DNA of 50,084 nucleotides from Desulfuromonas sp. (GCA_002869725.1 PKTY01000137.1:1-50084); one strand, 5' to 3'; shown: positions 30,821 to 40,783, numbered from the stretch's first letter. Made by a program: numbers and translations. The notes: generated from the sequence alone by a model not told the origin.

Positions 30821-31408
30821 CTAATGGATCCCGAGGTAGATGACCATCACCGGAAATACCGTCAGGTTCACCCCCACCATGGCGTTGATGGCGATGCGAA
30901 CGATCATCTGCGCCGCTGAATCAGGGGGCTGCTCGGTTCCGTTGCGTAGGTCGACATAGCCGACCGGTACCGGAAAACCGCAATACAGGTGATGCCTCCC
31001 GCCCTGATAAATGTGGCTGGTCATCTTGTAGCCGAAAAAAAATCCGAAACCGCAGCAGAGCAGGGTAAAGAAGATCAGGGGGATGGTTACGGGGTCGTCG
31101 TGCAACAGCAGGCGGTAAAGGAAGAAGATATTGAATACCAGGATAGCCGCGCTCAACCCCAATATCGACCAGCGGGCCAGACTCCAAAAAATGGAACGTT
31201 TGAGCCATCGTGACCTGCGGCGACGGGCAACACGCTCGTCGATCTCCTCGTTGGACAGTCCACGCTCCAAGAGAGCCTGGCGACCGACCTCCTCGTCGAC
31301 GGCTTCCTCGTCGGCGAGAAGATCGAGCAGGTAGCCGGTCGGCAGATCCCGCAGATATTCGCGATGTTTCGGGTCGGTGTAATGCATGCGGGAGTGAATA
31401 TACCCCAA
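30821..31408 (-). CDS. hypothetical membrane protein
   Basis: An acidic and basic N-terminal ~70 aa is followed by 3-4 hydrophobic helices. No family was recognised. It is last in a three-gene minus-strand set. Confidence 0.55.
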   Translation of the reverse strand: MGYIHSRMHYTDPKHREYLRDLPTGYLLDLLADEEAVDEEVGRQALLERGLSNEEIDERVARRRRSRWLKRSIFWSLARWSILGLSAAILVFNIFFLYRLLLHDDPVTIPLIFFTLLCCGFGFFFGYKMTSHIYQGGRHHLYCGFPVPVGYVDLRNGTEQPPDSAAQMIVRIAINAMVGVNLTVFPVMVIYLGIH

Positions 31409-31447
31409 GTAGATTAATGCAGTTAGTAGCAGAACCCGGTCGGCCTG

Positions 31448-31879
31448 TCAAAGGTCTTCATTGCAGGCTGCCGCGAGGCCTCCAAGACTCTCCGCCACTT
31501 TGTGGCAAAGCCGCTCGGCTTCTCCATCGGGATAGGGGCGAGCAGGAAGCAGGCCCCAGACCGGCTTCGGCCAGGCCGGGTCGTTGTGATACCTGACGAC
31601 GTGGTGAATGTGCAGCTGCGGCACCAGATTGCCGAGAGCGGCGACATTGATCTTGTCGGCGCAAAAAAGCCTGGCCAGAGCCTGGGACAAAACTGATGAT
31701 TCCTTGATGAACTGCTGCTGGTCAGCGTCATCGAGCTGGTAGATCTCGGTGATCTCATGCCGACGCGGCACCAGGATCAGCCAGGGATAGTTGCTATCGT
31801 TCATCAGCAGCAGTCGACACAGAGGAAGGTCGCCGACAGTCAGTGTGTCCTGGGCGAGCTGTGGATGGAGGGTGAACAT
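31448..31879 (-). CDS. HIT-family (histidine triad) protein
   Basis: YPWLILVPRR ... NVAALGNLVPQLHIHHVVRY is a HIT-type nucleotide-binding and histidine motif region. Confidence 0.78.
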   Translation of the reverse strand: MFTLHPQLAQDTLTVGDLPLCRLLLMNDSNYPWLILVPRRHEITEIYQLDDADQQQFIKESSVLSQALARLFCADKINVAALGNLVPQLHIHHVVRYHNDPAWPKPVWGLLPARPYPDGEAERLCHKVAESLGGLAAACNEDL

Positions 31880-31891
31880 CGGGCAACTCCG

Positions 31892-32593
31892 TCAGTGTTG
31901 GTCAGTGATCAGATTGATGAGCGGACTGGTAGAGAGTTTGAGCCGGTCAAGCAGGGCAGAGGCCTGGTCCGAGCTGCAGCGATGCAATGCATGCTGTCGC
32001 GTGAGCCAGACCAGCAGGGGCAGGTTGCCGCTCGCCCCCCAGCCACACGCCTGCTGCATACTGACCAGCAGTTGCTGTTCCAGTTGCCGGGCGAGGTCCT
32101 GAGAAGAAGCCAGGTAATGGGTCGGCCAGGCGACCAGTTGCGGGTCGAGGCTCTGCTGAAAAAGTCTTTGGTCGAGCGGATCGAGTTCGCTCAGGTCGAT
32201 GCCGCACCAGCCAGGCGGGCGTGTGGCGAGCAAGGCCCGGCAGGAGAGTGGCCGCTGCCCATAGATGGTGCAGCTGCGGTCTGCACCGAGAAACGGGCAA
32301 GGCCCGAGGTCAAGACGATGCCGACGCAGATACTCCGGCAGACTCTTTAGTTCGCCGCTTGCGACGTGCAGTCGTTCGACGTAGATGCCAAGAGCCCGCT
32401 GCTGGTTTTGGTCGAGTTCGACCGCGATGATGGCGGCTTCCGGCAAGCTGCAGTGGACAGCGAGCTGGCAACAGGCGCTGCAAGCGGACTGGCAGTAGAG
32501 GCGGGTGGTCGGATGCGAGGCTCGCCAGTGGCCGATGAAATCGTCCAGCTGCCGAAACGACGCGGCGATTCGTTCGCCCAGTTCGGTTTCCAT
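31892..32593 (-). CDS. YkgJ/UPF0153-like cysteine-cluster (CxxCxxCC) putative metal-binding protein
   Basis: CQSACSACCQL followed by GPCPFLGADRSCTIYGQRPLSCR matches the putative zinc/iron-chelating domain pattern. Confidence 0.7.
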   Translation of the reverse strand: METELGERIAASFRQLDDFIGHWRASHPTTRLYCQSACSACCQLAVHCSLPEAAIIAVELDQNQQRALGIYVERLHVASGELKSLPEYLRRHRLDLGPCPFLGADRSCTIYGQRPLSCRALLATRPPGWCGIDLSELDPLDQRLFQQSLDPQLVAWPTHYLASSQDLARQLEQQLLVSMQQACGWGASGNLPLLVWLTRQHALHRCSSDQASALLDRLKLSTSPLINLITDQH

Positions 32594-32753
32594 GGCGCAG
32601 AACTTATGTCAAAATGCCCGGCAAGGCAAGCTCACAGAGCCCCCGGGAGCTGACTTTATGCTGGTATCGGCGGCTGAGGTTCGCTAAATTTAAGGCTTCG
32701 ACACGAAACCCTGGATTGTCTCGATCCCCCCCCCATTGAAGACTGGAGAGAGC

Positions 32754-33830
32754 ATGGCCAACTGCAATCTTTACCCCCAATCCTGCGGCATTCAACCGAT
32801 CCGCTACGCCGATGGCGTCTTAAGCCTGCTCGACCAGCGGAGGCTGCCGGTCGAGGAGATCTGGCTCGACTATACCGACTATCGTGAGGTCGCCGAAGCG
32901 ATCCGCAGCATGGTGGTGCGCGGAGCTCCAGCCATCGGGGTAACGGCAGCCTACGGTGCCCTGCTCGGTGCCAAGGCCAGTAGCGCCACTGATTTCGAAA
33001 CGTTCTGGGATGAACTCAACCAGATATGCGACCTGCTCGGCGCCACCCGACCGACAGCGGTCAACCTGTTCTGGGCCCTGGAGCGGGTCAAGAGCCTGGT
33101 GCGAGCCAATCCGGAACAGCCGGTGACCAACCTCAAGATCGCTCTCGAATACGAGGCCATGGCGATTGCCGAACAAGATGTGCGCATCAACATGGCCATG
33201 GGCCGCCACGGCGCCCAACTGCTGCCGCAGACGGTGCGCGTACTGACTCATTGTAACGCCGGCGCCTTGGCGACCGCCGGCTATGGCACCGCCCTCGGCG
33301 TGGTTCGCGCCGCTGTGGCGGCCGGCAAGCAGGTCAGCGTGCTGGCCGACGAAACCAGGCCGTTTCTGCAGGGGGCTCGGCTGACTGCCTGGGAACTGCA
33401 GCGCGATGGCATCCCGGTGACCCTGATCTGTGACAATATGGCCGGCGCACTGATGGCCCAGGGCGAGATCGATGCAGTGATTGTTGGCGCCGACCGCATT
33501 GCTGCCAATGGCGATACCGCCAACAAAATCGGGACCTACACGGTGGCGGTACTGGCCCATGAGCACAACATCCCCTTCTATGTGGCGGCACCAACCTCAA
33601 CCGTCGACCTGAGCCTGACGGACGGCAGCCAGATCCCTATTGAGCAACGTGATCCCCGCGAAGTGACCCACACCGGTGACATCCAGCTGGCTCCACAGGG
33701 GATCGAGGTGCGCAACCCTGCCTTCGACGTGACACCGGCTCGCCTGATCACGGCGATCATCACCGAGCAGGGGGTGGCCCGCGGCAATTACCTCGACGAC
33801 CTGGCCGACTTTGTCGGCCGGGCAAGCTGA
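32754..33830 (+). CDS. mtnA: S-methyl-5-thioribose-1-phosphate isomerase
   Basis: eIF-2B-like family with TRPTAVNLFWA, THCNAGALAT and VGADRIAANGDTANKIGTY. ATG 32754 is preferred to TTG 32736. Confidence 0.88.
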   Translation: MANCNLYPQSCGIQPIRYADGVLSLLDQRRLPVEEIWLDYTDYREVAEAIRSMVVRGAPAIGVTAAYGALLGAKASSATDFETFWDELNQICDLLGATRPTAVNLFWALERVKSLVRANPEQPVTNLKIALEYEAMAIAEQDVRINMAMGRHGAQLLPQTVRVLTHCNAGALATAGYGTALGVVRAAVAAGKQVSVLADETRPFLQGARLTAWELQRDGIPVTLICDNMAGALMAQGEIDAVIVGADRIAANGDTANKIGTYTVAVLAHEHNIPFYVAAPTSTVDLSLTDGSQIPIEQRDPREVTHTGDIQLAPQGIEVRNPAFDVTPARLITAIITEQGVARGNYLDDLADFVGRAS

Positions 33831-33840
33831 GTCTTGGCCA

Positions 33841-36800
33841 ATGATCTCCCTCCACCAAGACTGCTGGACCAGCCTGCTCTCCGCAAGCGACCCATCGGCC
33901 GCAGAAAGTACTCTGGAACAGGCCGGATTCGCCCATCCTTCCAGAACGCTGACCAACCTTCAGCTGCTTGCCAAGCTATGGCCTGACGAGCAGACCGTCG
34001 AAGCCTTGATCACCGAGTCGCTGCAGGCCGCCGATCCAGATCTGGCCCTGAACAATCTGGAGCGCCTTACTGAGACCGTCGCAGCAACCGACTTGCAGCG
34101 GGTGCTCAACAGAGCGGATCGTTGCCGCCAGCTGTTGACCATCCTCGGTGGCTCGCCTTTTCTGACCTCGATCCTGCTGCGCAAACCCGACTACTTCGCC
34201 GGACTGTTCAAGAGATCAGAGCTGGATCAGCAACGCGATCAAGCGGCGATGCTCGCCGACCTCCGCGAGGTTATTCCGGTCGACGCCGACTTTGAAGCTT
34301 TGCAGGCCGGCCTGCGACGCTTCAAGGCCCGGGAAATGCTCCGAATCGGCGGACGTGACCTGTGTGGGCTGGCCGACCTGGTCGAAACCACTGCAGAACT
34401 GAGCGCGCTGGCCGCAGCAACTCTGCAGAGCGCCTACGAAATTTGCGACCAGCTGCTACGTCTGGACTACGGAGCACCGTTGCTCGCAACCAAACCAGCA
34501 GAGCCCCTCGCTGAAGCCGAGTTTACCATCTTGGGCATGGGCAAATTCGGCGGCTGTGAACTCAACTTTTCGTCTGATATCGACCTGATCTATTTCTACA
34601 GTTCAGACCAGGGACAGACCACAGGAGTGACCGGCCCGCAGGGCGAGCTTCGCAATCAGACGACTCTTCACAGGTATTTCGTGCGTCTGGGGGAGATGGT
34701 CAGCAAAGCGATCAACCAGCCCACCGACGACGGCTTTGTGTTCCGGGTCGATTTGCGGCTGCGCCCGGAGGGGAACAGCGGCGAGATGGCCAACTCCCTG
34801 GCCGCCGCCGAAACCTACTACGAAAGCTGGGGCCAGAGCTGGGAGCGCTCGGCGATGCTCAAGGCCCGGCCGGTGGCCGGTTCCCTGGCCCTCGGCGAGA
34901 CCCTGCTGCAACGGCTTGACCCCTTCATCTACCGGCGTCACCTCGATTACGCCATGATCGAGGATATCAAGGTCATGAAGCAGAAGATCGATCACAACCT
35001 GGCCCGCGAGCGGGAAGGGGAAGCCAACCTCAAACTTGGCCATGGTGGCATCCGCGAGATCGAATTCTTCATTCAAGCTTTGCAGTTGATTAACGCCGGC
35101 AAAAAACCGCGATTGAGGGAACGCAACTCCCTCAAGGCGCTGCAGCTGCTCTGCACTGAAGAGTTGATCTCGGCGGACGAGCGCGACCATCTTGACGCGG
35201 CTTACCGATTTTTGCGCACTGTCGAGCACCGCATTCAGGTGGTTCACGAGCAGCAGACTCACAGCCTGCCGACACGCGAGGAGGACCTCAAGGCATTGGC
35301 CCGCCGCTGCGGATTCACCCGCACTGAGGATTTCCGTTCAGAACTGCAGCACCACCGCAGCAGGGTCTCCGCCATATTTCGCGACCTGTTCTATACCAGC
35401 GAAGAGGAGCTGCCCAGTAAGATCAGCGCTAAGGTCGCGTTCCTGTTCGACGCCGATGCCGACCCGGACCTGTGTATGGATATTCTTGAGGAGAAGGGAT
35501 TCAAGGAGCCACAGTCCGCCTACGACAGCCTGCTGGTGCTGCGCCGCGGAGGGACACGCGGTCAGTTGACCGCACGGGCCCGCCGTCACCTCGACCGCAT
35601 CGCGCCACTGCTGTTCCAGGAGGTTCTGGAATCTCCCGAGCCGACCATGGCCCTCTCCAACCTGGAAAAGTTTCTGGAAGCCTGCCGCCGAGCCCGGGGA
35701 ACTTTCTACGCGCTGATGGCCGAAAACCCCGAAACCGTCAAGCTGCTGATCAGCCTGTTCGCCACCAGCCAGTTTTTGTCACGCAACTTCATTCAACACC
35801 CGGAAGTCCTCGACCTGCTGGTCTCACGAGGCTATGCCGAGACGTCCAAGGACTTGGCGGCACTCTCTGCCGAATTGGATACCAGGCTAAGCGCCGATGC
35901 AGATTATGAGGACCGTCTGGACACCCTGCGGAGATTTCGCAACGAGGAGTTTTTGCGCATCGCCCTCAACGACATCTCCGGGCAGACCCTCCAGGGGAGC
36001 ACCACCCGTCAATTGTCGCTGGTCGCCGACGCCTGTCTGCAGCAGGCAACCCGCATCGCTCAGGATGAGCTGCTCCCCCGCTTCGGCCTGCCGTTCTGTG
36101 TCAGCAAGGACGGACAGTCCCATGAGGCGGGCTTCGCGATTGTCGGCATGGGCAAACTGGGGGGGATGGAGCTCAACTACCACTCCGATCTCGATATCAT
36201 CTTCCTTTACGAAGACGAGGGGGAGACAGCTCCCGTTACCGGGACCGATCCGGATCGGTTCAAGCCACAGACCAACCACCAGTATTTCGCCCGTCTGGCA
36301 CAGCGGATCATCTCGATTTTGACCCTGATGACCCGGGAGGGCTATGTCTACCAGATCGACACCCGGCTGCGTCCTTCGGGAAACCAGGGGCCTTTGGTCA
36401 GCTCCCTACCGGCCTACCAGAGCTATCATGACTCGTTGGCAGCCCCCTGGGAGCGCCAGGCTCTGATCAAGGCGCGGATTGTGGTCGGCAGCTCCGATCT
36501 GGCCAGCGCTTATCAGTCGTTGACCGATGACATTGTCTATCAGCAGCCGCTCGCCGACAACCTCGCTGAAGAGATCTCGCGGTTGCGACGGCGCATGGAG
36601 AACGAAGTGGCTCGAGAAGGGGGCGATCAACTCAACATCAAGACCGGCCGCGGCGGCATGGTCGATGTCGAGTTCCTGGTGCAGTACCTGCAACTGGTAC
36701 ACGGCCGCAGCTGCCCTGAACTACGCTGCCGCAACACCCTAGAGGCCTTGGCCGCTCTCCATGAACAAGAGATTCTCTCAGATGACGACTACTCGGTACT

Positions 36801-37053
36801 GATGAATGGCTACAAGTTTCTGCGGCGCCTTGAGAACAAGCTGCGCCTGGTTCACGATCAGTCGATCAACGAACTGTCTGCAGAACAGGGTTACCTGTCC
36901 AAACTGGCCAAGCACCTCGGCTACCCGGACCGCCCTCTCCCGGCCGCTGATCAACTGCGTGCCGAATACAGTGCGACGACCCAGGCGATTCGCGGCGTCT
37001 TTGAAGCCTACCTGCCCCCGGTCGAAACTGCTGAGCCGGAAACTCAGAGATAA
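33841..37053 (+). CDS. glnE: bifunctional glutamine synthetase adenylyltransferase/adenylyl-removing enzyme
   Basis: Two nucleotidyltransferase modules (ILGMGKFGGCELNFSSDIDLIYFY and IVGMGKLGGMELNYHSDLDIIFLY). Length is about 1070 aa. ATG 33841 lies just after the mtnA stop. Confidence 0.92.
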   Translation: MISLHQDCWTSLLSASDPSAAESTLEQAGFAHPSRTLTNLQLLAKLWPDEQTVEALITESLQAADPDLALNNLERLTETVAATDLQRVLNRADRCRQLLTILGGSPFLTSILLRKPDYFAGLFKRSELDQQRDQAAMLADLREVIPVDADFEALQAGLRRFKAREMLRIGGRDLCGLADLVETTAELSALAAATLQSAYEICDQLLRLDYGAPLLATKPAEPLAEAEFTILGMGKFGGCELNFSSDIDLIYFYSSDQGQTTGVTGPQGELRNQTTLHRYFVRLGEMVSKAINQPTDDGFVFRVDLRLRPEGNSGEMANSLAAAETYYESWGQSWERSAMLKARPVAGSLALGETLLQRLDPFIYRRHLDYAMIEDIKVMKQKIDHNLAREREGEANLKLGHGGIREIEFFIQALQLINAGKKPRLRERNSLKALQLLCTEELISADERDHLDAAYRFLRTVEHRIQVVHEQQTHSLPTREEDLKALARRCGFTRTEDFRSELQHHRSRVSAIFRDLFYTSEEELPSKISAKVAFLFDADADPDLCMDILEEKGFKEPQSAYDSLLVLRRGGTRGQLTARARRHLDRIAPLLFQEVLESPEPTMALSNLEKFLEACRRARGTFYALMAENPETVKLLISLFATSQFLSRNFIQHPEVLDLLVSRGYAETSKDLAALSAELDTRLSADADYEDRLDTLRRFRNEEFLRIALNDISGQTLQGSTTRQLSLVADACLQQATRIAQDELLPRFGLPFCVSKDGQSHEAGFAIVGMGKLGGMELNYHSDLDIIFLYEDEGETAPVTGTDPDRFKPQTNHQYFARLAQRIISILTLMTREGYVYQIDTRLRPSGNQGPLVSSLPAYQSYHDSLAAPWERQALIKARIVVGSSDLASAYQSLTDDIVYQQPLADNLAEEISRLRRRMENEVAREGGDQLNIKTGRGGMVDVEFLVQYLQLVHGRSCPELRCRNTLEALAALHEQEILSDDDYSVLMNGYKFLRRLENKLRLVHDQSINELSAEQGYLSKLAKHLGYPDRPLPAADQLRAEYSATTQAIRGVFEAYLPPVETAEPETQR

Positions 37054-37120
37054 TTTTGGTGGTGGTATATGGGAAACAGCGACAGGGAGAGGTCTCTGTT
37101 CAGGGGATAGCGCCCCAGGG

Positions 37121-37801
37121 TTAGTCTTCCTGTTCGAACCAGCTGTTAACCGGATGGGCCGGGTCAATATCAATTTTCCGGAAGGCCCGCTCCAGGCATT
37201 TGCGTTCAATGCTGGCGCGCAGGGCTGTGCAAATCGCGGGATCGATCTGCTTGAACTGAACTCCGAACTGCGGCTTCGCCCGGCTGGCGGTTTCTCCGGC
37301 AGGGATGCAGTAGAGGACCTGAGCGGACAACCGGATCCTCCGCTCGCCAAGCCTGAATTCAATCACCAGGGGTTGCTTAGCGGGGAGCTCATAATCGCAG
37401 GTCACCCGGCAGCCCCGGTCGGAGAGGGAAGTTATGTTCCCTGGCTGCCAGGCTCCATCAATCTGCAGGTCTGCGTCAATTTCGGTATTGACCCGGATGT
37501 GGCGGCGTGGTGAAGGAAAAAATTCATCCTCCAAAAGATGATAGAGCCGGGTCAGGGAGATGGGAGTCAGCAGACAGCTTCGGTCGCTGACCGGCATCGA
37601 GGTCAGCAGCACCGTACGGGTGGTGAAGGTCGGCTCAGCTAGACCATGCTCGAGAAAAACAACACCGGGTTCGACTTGCGGTTCGACCACCGAAAAACCC
37701 CAGTCGCCCAGCAGCGCTGTCAAAATTTGCAGCAAGACGGGGTTGCGGGTGACGATGGCAACCTGCCGGGCATTGCTCTGCCGGGTTCCGGACAACAGCA
37801 T
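37121..37801 (-). CDS. PilZ domain protein with a degenerate receiver-like N-terminal region
   Basis: RRHIR (RxxxR) followed ~25 aa later by SLSDRG (xSxxG), the c-di-GMP-binding PilZ signature. The N-terminal ~100 aa has an alternating beta/alpha look but lacks a clear phospho-acceptor set. Confidence 0.72.
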   Translation of the reverse strand: MLLSGTRQSNARQVAIVTRNPVLLQILTALLGDWGFSVVEPQVEPGVVFLEHGLAEPTFTTRTVLLTSMPVSDRSCLLTPISLTRLYHLLEDEFFPSPRRHIRVNTEIDADLQIDGAWQPGNITSLSDRGCRVTCDYELPAKQPLVIEFRLGERRIRLSAQVLYCIPAGETASRAKPQFGVQFKQIDPAICTALRASIERKCLERAFRKIDIDPAHPVNSWFEQED

Positions 37802-37852
37802 CAGTGGTCTGACTCCCCCTTAAATCTTGAAGATATCCACACTCTGTTCGAC

Positions 37853-38683
37853 TCAAGCACGTTTTATGCCATCTGCTCCACAACTGCCCTGAGCGGGCAT
37901 CCCCCTTGGTGAGTCCGCGCCCTGCTCCTCGTCTCTGCGTAAACAGGGGTCGAGCAGGTGCCGTGGCCGGACGTTGCCCAGGGCGCTCAGCATGCTGCGT
38001 CTGAGGAAGCGGTTTTCCTTGTGGAGCTCATGCACCAACGCCTTCATTTTCTGGCGTTTCTGGTCCTGCTCTCCCTCGGCCGGGCAGCCACAATCAATGG
38101 TCGGGAAACTGTTGCGGTTGGCCAGCTTGCGGATCTCCCCTTCCTCCACATAGACCAGCGGGCGGATCACGGTGTGCCGACCGTTGTCGGCCAGCAGTTT
38201 CGGGCTCATTGCCGCCAGAGTACCGATGTAGAACTGGTTGAGCAGCAGGGTCTCGATAAAGTCGTCGAGGTGGTGACCGAGGGCGATCTTATTACAGCCG
38301 AGTTTGTCGGCCACGCTGTAAAGGACGCCGCGGCGCAAACGCGCACAGAAGGAACAGTAGGATGAGCCCGGGCGACGTTTTTCGTCAATCACTCCGGCAA
38401 AGTTTGCCGCTTCGATATGAACCTGGAATCCGCAGCGACTGAGATACTCGCGCAAAACCTCTTTGCGATAGCCGGGAAATCCGGCATCGATATTGACGGC
38501 AACAAGCTCGTAACGGATCGGCGCGCGGCGGCGAAGCTCATCAAGAAGGTGCAGCAGGGCATAGGAATCCTTCCCCCCGGAAACCGCTACCGCGATCCGG
38601 TCGCCCTCTTCAATCAGGGCAAAGTCGCCGATGGCCTTGCCGGTCAGTTTTCTCAGTTTGCGAAAGTGGGCATTGTGAATCAT
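37853..38683 (-). CDS. ttcA: tRNA 2-thiocytidine(32) synthetase
   Basis: FALIEEGDRIAVAVSGGKDS PP-loop, CSFCARLRR and the C-terminal CGCP cysteine pair. This closely follows the TtcA layout. Confidence 0.9.
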   Translation of the reverse strand: MIHNAHFRKLRKLTGKAIGDFALIEEGDRIAVAVSGGKDSYALLHLLDELRRRAPIRYELVAVNIDAGFPGYRKEVLREYLSRCGFQVHIEAANFAGVIDEKRRPGSSYCSFCARLRRGVLYSVADKLGCNKIALGHHLDDFIETLLLNQFYIGTLAAMSPKLLADNGRHTVIRPLVYVEEGEIRKLANRNSFPTIDCGCPAEGEQDQKRQKMKALVHELHKENRFLRRSMLSALGNVRPRHLLDPCLRRDEEQGADSPRGMPAQGSCGADGIKRA

Positions 38684-38756
38684 AAAATATGACCGTAAGA
38701 CTCTACTATTGATAGGGCCGCATTGAACGATATCCGCTGAAAAATTGCAAGGAGTA

Positions 38757-39977
38757 TTAAAGGTGAGCCAGCCAGCTTGACGGAGGTTCGCTGGGGAGCC
38801 GGGTCATGATCTCGGAACGCTCCTGTTCGGAAAAACCGTCTCGCTGCAGCGCTTCCAAGTAGGCGTGCAAAATCTGCCGGGCCTGACCGGGAAGTTCCAG
38901 AGCCAGGCAGAGCTGGTAGAGTAACTTGATGGTCTTTTCGTCAGTCGGGCAGTAGCTTTGGGCAGAACGCAAAAGTTTGATCGCCTCCTGGGCACGGCCG
39001 GCCTCGGCGAGAATCCTGGCAAACAGCTCACTGCCCTCCAGGTAGAGCAGCTCAAGCTGGCCTTGAAAGGCCGTTGCACGGTCGGAACCGAAGTTCCCGG
39101 GGAGAAAAGGTCCCTGCCACAGGCTGAACGCCGAAGAGAACGCCAGCTCTGCCTGCCAGAGATTGCGGCCCTTAGCATGTTTAAAGCCTTTATTGACCAG
39201 ACGATCAAACTCCTGGGCATCAATCTGGCAGTTGTTGAGGTGAACGTAGCCACGGCGAACCAGCAGGTACTGTTTGCTGTCGATAGGGCCCAGCCCCTCT
39301 TCGAAGCTGCGGCGGACCCTGGCCAGCAAGGTGTCGAAACTGGAGCGGGCTCGCGCGTCGTTGCTGTCCGGCCAGCAGGTGGCCTGGACCTCTTCCAGGG
39401 GAATCTGATGTTCAGGAGCGGTGATCAGCATCGCCATCAACTGGCGCTGAGCAGCGCTCAAGGCGACTCCCCAGGGGAGGTTGCGCCCGTTGAGGCGCAG
39501 ATCGCAATAACCGAGGGTTTTGACCCGCAGCACCGGCAGACCATCGGGCCCAGGGGGGCCTTCTTCGGCATGAACTCTGCCGTCGTCATTTTTGGACGAG
39601 CGGCGCAGCAAGGCCTTGACGCGGGCGACCAGCAGTTTGGGTGAAAAAGGTTTCGACATGTAATCGTCGGCACCGACTTCCAGCCCGGCGATCACATCCC
39701 CTTCTTCGCTCTGGCCGGTCAGCATCAGGACTGGAACGCCACTCATCCAGGGATCGCGGCGCAGAGTCCGGCAGACATCCAGACCGTTGATGCCGGGGAG
39801 TTTCAGGTCGAGGATCAGCAGGTCCGGAAGGCGCTCCTCGATCAGACGCAACCCCTCTTCACCGGTTTCGACGATCGTGGTGCGAAAACCGGCCTTGTTC
39901 AGACAGGCAAACAGCAGCGTGCAGACACTGGGGTTGTCTTCGATGGCCAGGATGTACGATTGCTTGGCAGGACTCAT
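38757..39977 (-). CDS. response regulator with SARP-type output (REC + winged-helix + BTAD)
   Basis: REC domain (ILAIEDN, LLILDLKLPGINGLD, LMLTGQ, YMSKPF). A wHTH-like segment follows (LRLNGRNLPW...QRQLMAMLITAPEHQIPLEEV), then a BTAD/TPR-like tail (AFSLWQGPFLPG ... ARILAEAGRAQEAIKLL ...). Confidence 0.78.
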   Translation of the reverse strand: MSPAKQSYILAIEDNPSVCTLLFACLNKAGFRTTIVETGEEGLRLIEERLPDLLILDLKLPGINGLDVCRTLRRDPWMSGVPVLMLTGQSEEGDVIAGLEVGADDYMSKPFSPKLLVARVKALLRRSSKNDDGRVHAEEGPPGPDGLPVLRVKTLGYCDLRLNGRNLPWGVALSAAQRQLMAMLITAPEHQIPLEEVQATCWPDSNDARARSSFDTLLARVRRSFEEGLGPIDSKQYLLVRRGYVHLNNCQIDAQEFDRLVNKGFKHAKGRNLWQAELAFSSAFSLWQGPFLPGNFGSDRATAFQGQLELLYLEGSELFARILAEAGRAQEAIKLLRSAQSYCPTDEKTIKLLYQLCLALELPGQARQILHAYLEALQRDGFSEQERSEIMTRLPSEPPSSWLAHL

Positions 39978-39979
39978 GG

Positions 39980-40780
39980 TCAGGCAGGGGGGAGCATGAT
40001 GAAACCCATCTGCCGGCCGGTGCGCCCCTGGTCACGCCGATAGGAAAAAAAGGATTCGCGGGTGCAGCAGGTGCACTCACGGGCCTGATCGATATTCGAG
40101 AGAGGAATGCCGGCAGCTTCAAGCTGAAGCAGACAGCTCAAACCAAGATCGAGTTGCCAGTGTCCGAGCCGGGTCTCGCGAGCGATGCGATCCCACTGGC
40201 CGCTGCCGCTGCGGAAGGCATCGCGCACCGGGCGGTCGACTTCATAGCTGTGAGACCCGATACCCGGCCCAATGGCTGCCCGCAGCTGGCGCGGCGCCAG
40301 GCCGAGCTGACTGACGAGGGCTTCGACCGTGTGTCCGATCAGTCCGGCGGCTGCCCCGCGCCAGCCGACATGCACTGCCGCCACCACCCCAGCCTCCTGT
40401 GCCCAGAGCAGGACCGGAAAGCAGTCGGCCACCAAGACCCCGATCATGACTCCGGGCTGGTTGGTGATCACGGCATCCGCATCAACCCGCTGAAAATGGG
40501 ACAGATCATGGTTGGGTCGGTCGAGCAGCAGAATCCCGGTTCCGTGAACCTGGTTGACCGTCAGCAACAGCCGGCCAGGCAGGCCAAATGCCGTGGCCAG
40601 GCAAACCCGGTTGGCTTCGACATGGGCCTCCAGGTCGCCACTGTTAAAACCGAGGTTGAGGGAGTTAAACGGCGGACGGCTGCAACCACCGTTGCGGGTG
40701 GTGAAGCCGGCGACAATAGCGGAGTGTCCGACCCAGGCCGGTTCCAGATAACTGATCTTTTTCTTGCGCGCGGTTTGCAT
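39980..40780 (-). CDS. pgeF: peptidoglycan editing factor PgeF / YfiH (DUF152, purine nucleoside phosphorylase-laccase domain family)
   Basis: NQVHGT, VDADAVIT, VADCFPVLL and HVGWRGA motifs. Confidence 0.88.
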   Translation of the reverse strand: MQTARKKKISYLEPAWVGHSAIVAGFTTRNGGCSRPPFNSLNLGFNSGDLEAHVEANRVCLATAFGLPGRLLLTVNQVHGTGILLLDRPNHDLSHFQRVDADAVITNQPGVMIGVLVADCFPVLLWAQEAGVVAAVHVGWRGAAAGLIGHTVEALVSQLGLAPRQLRAAIGPGIGSHSYEVDRPVRDAFRSGSGQWDRIARETRLGHWQLDLGLSCLLQLEAAGIPLSNIDQARECTCCTRESFFSYRRDQGRTGRQMGFIMLPPA

Positions 40781-40783
40781 GGT

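Noticed and set aside
37054-37120. Short imperfect hairpin (CAGGGA-gagg-TCTCTG) between convergent glnE and the PilZ gene
   Set aside because: The stem is 6 bp including a G:U pair, with no U-tract on either strand, so it is not convincing as a bidirectional terminator.
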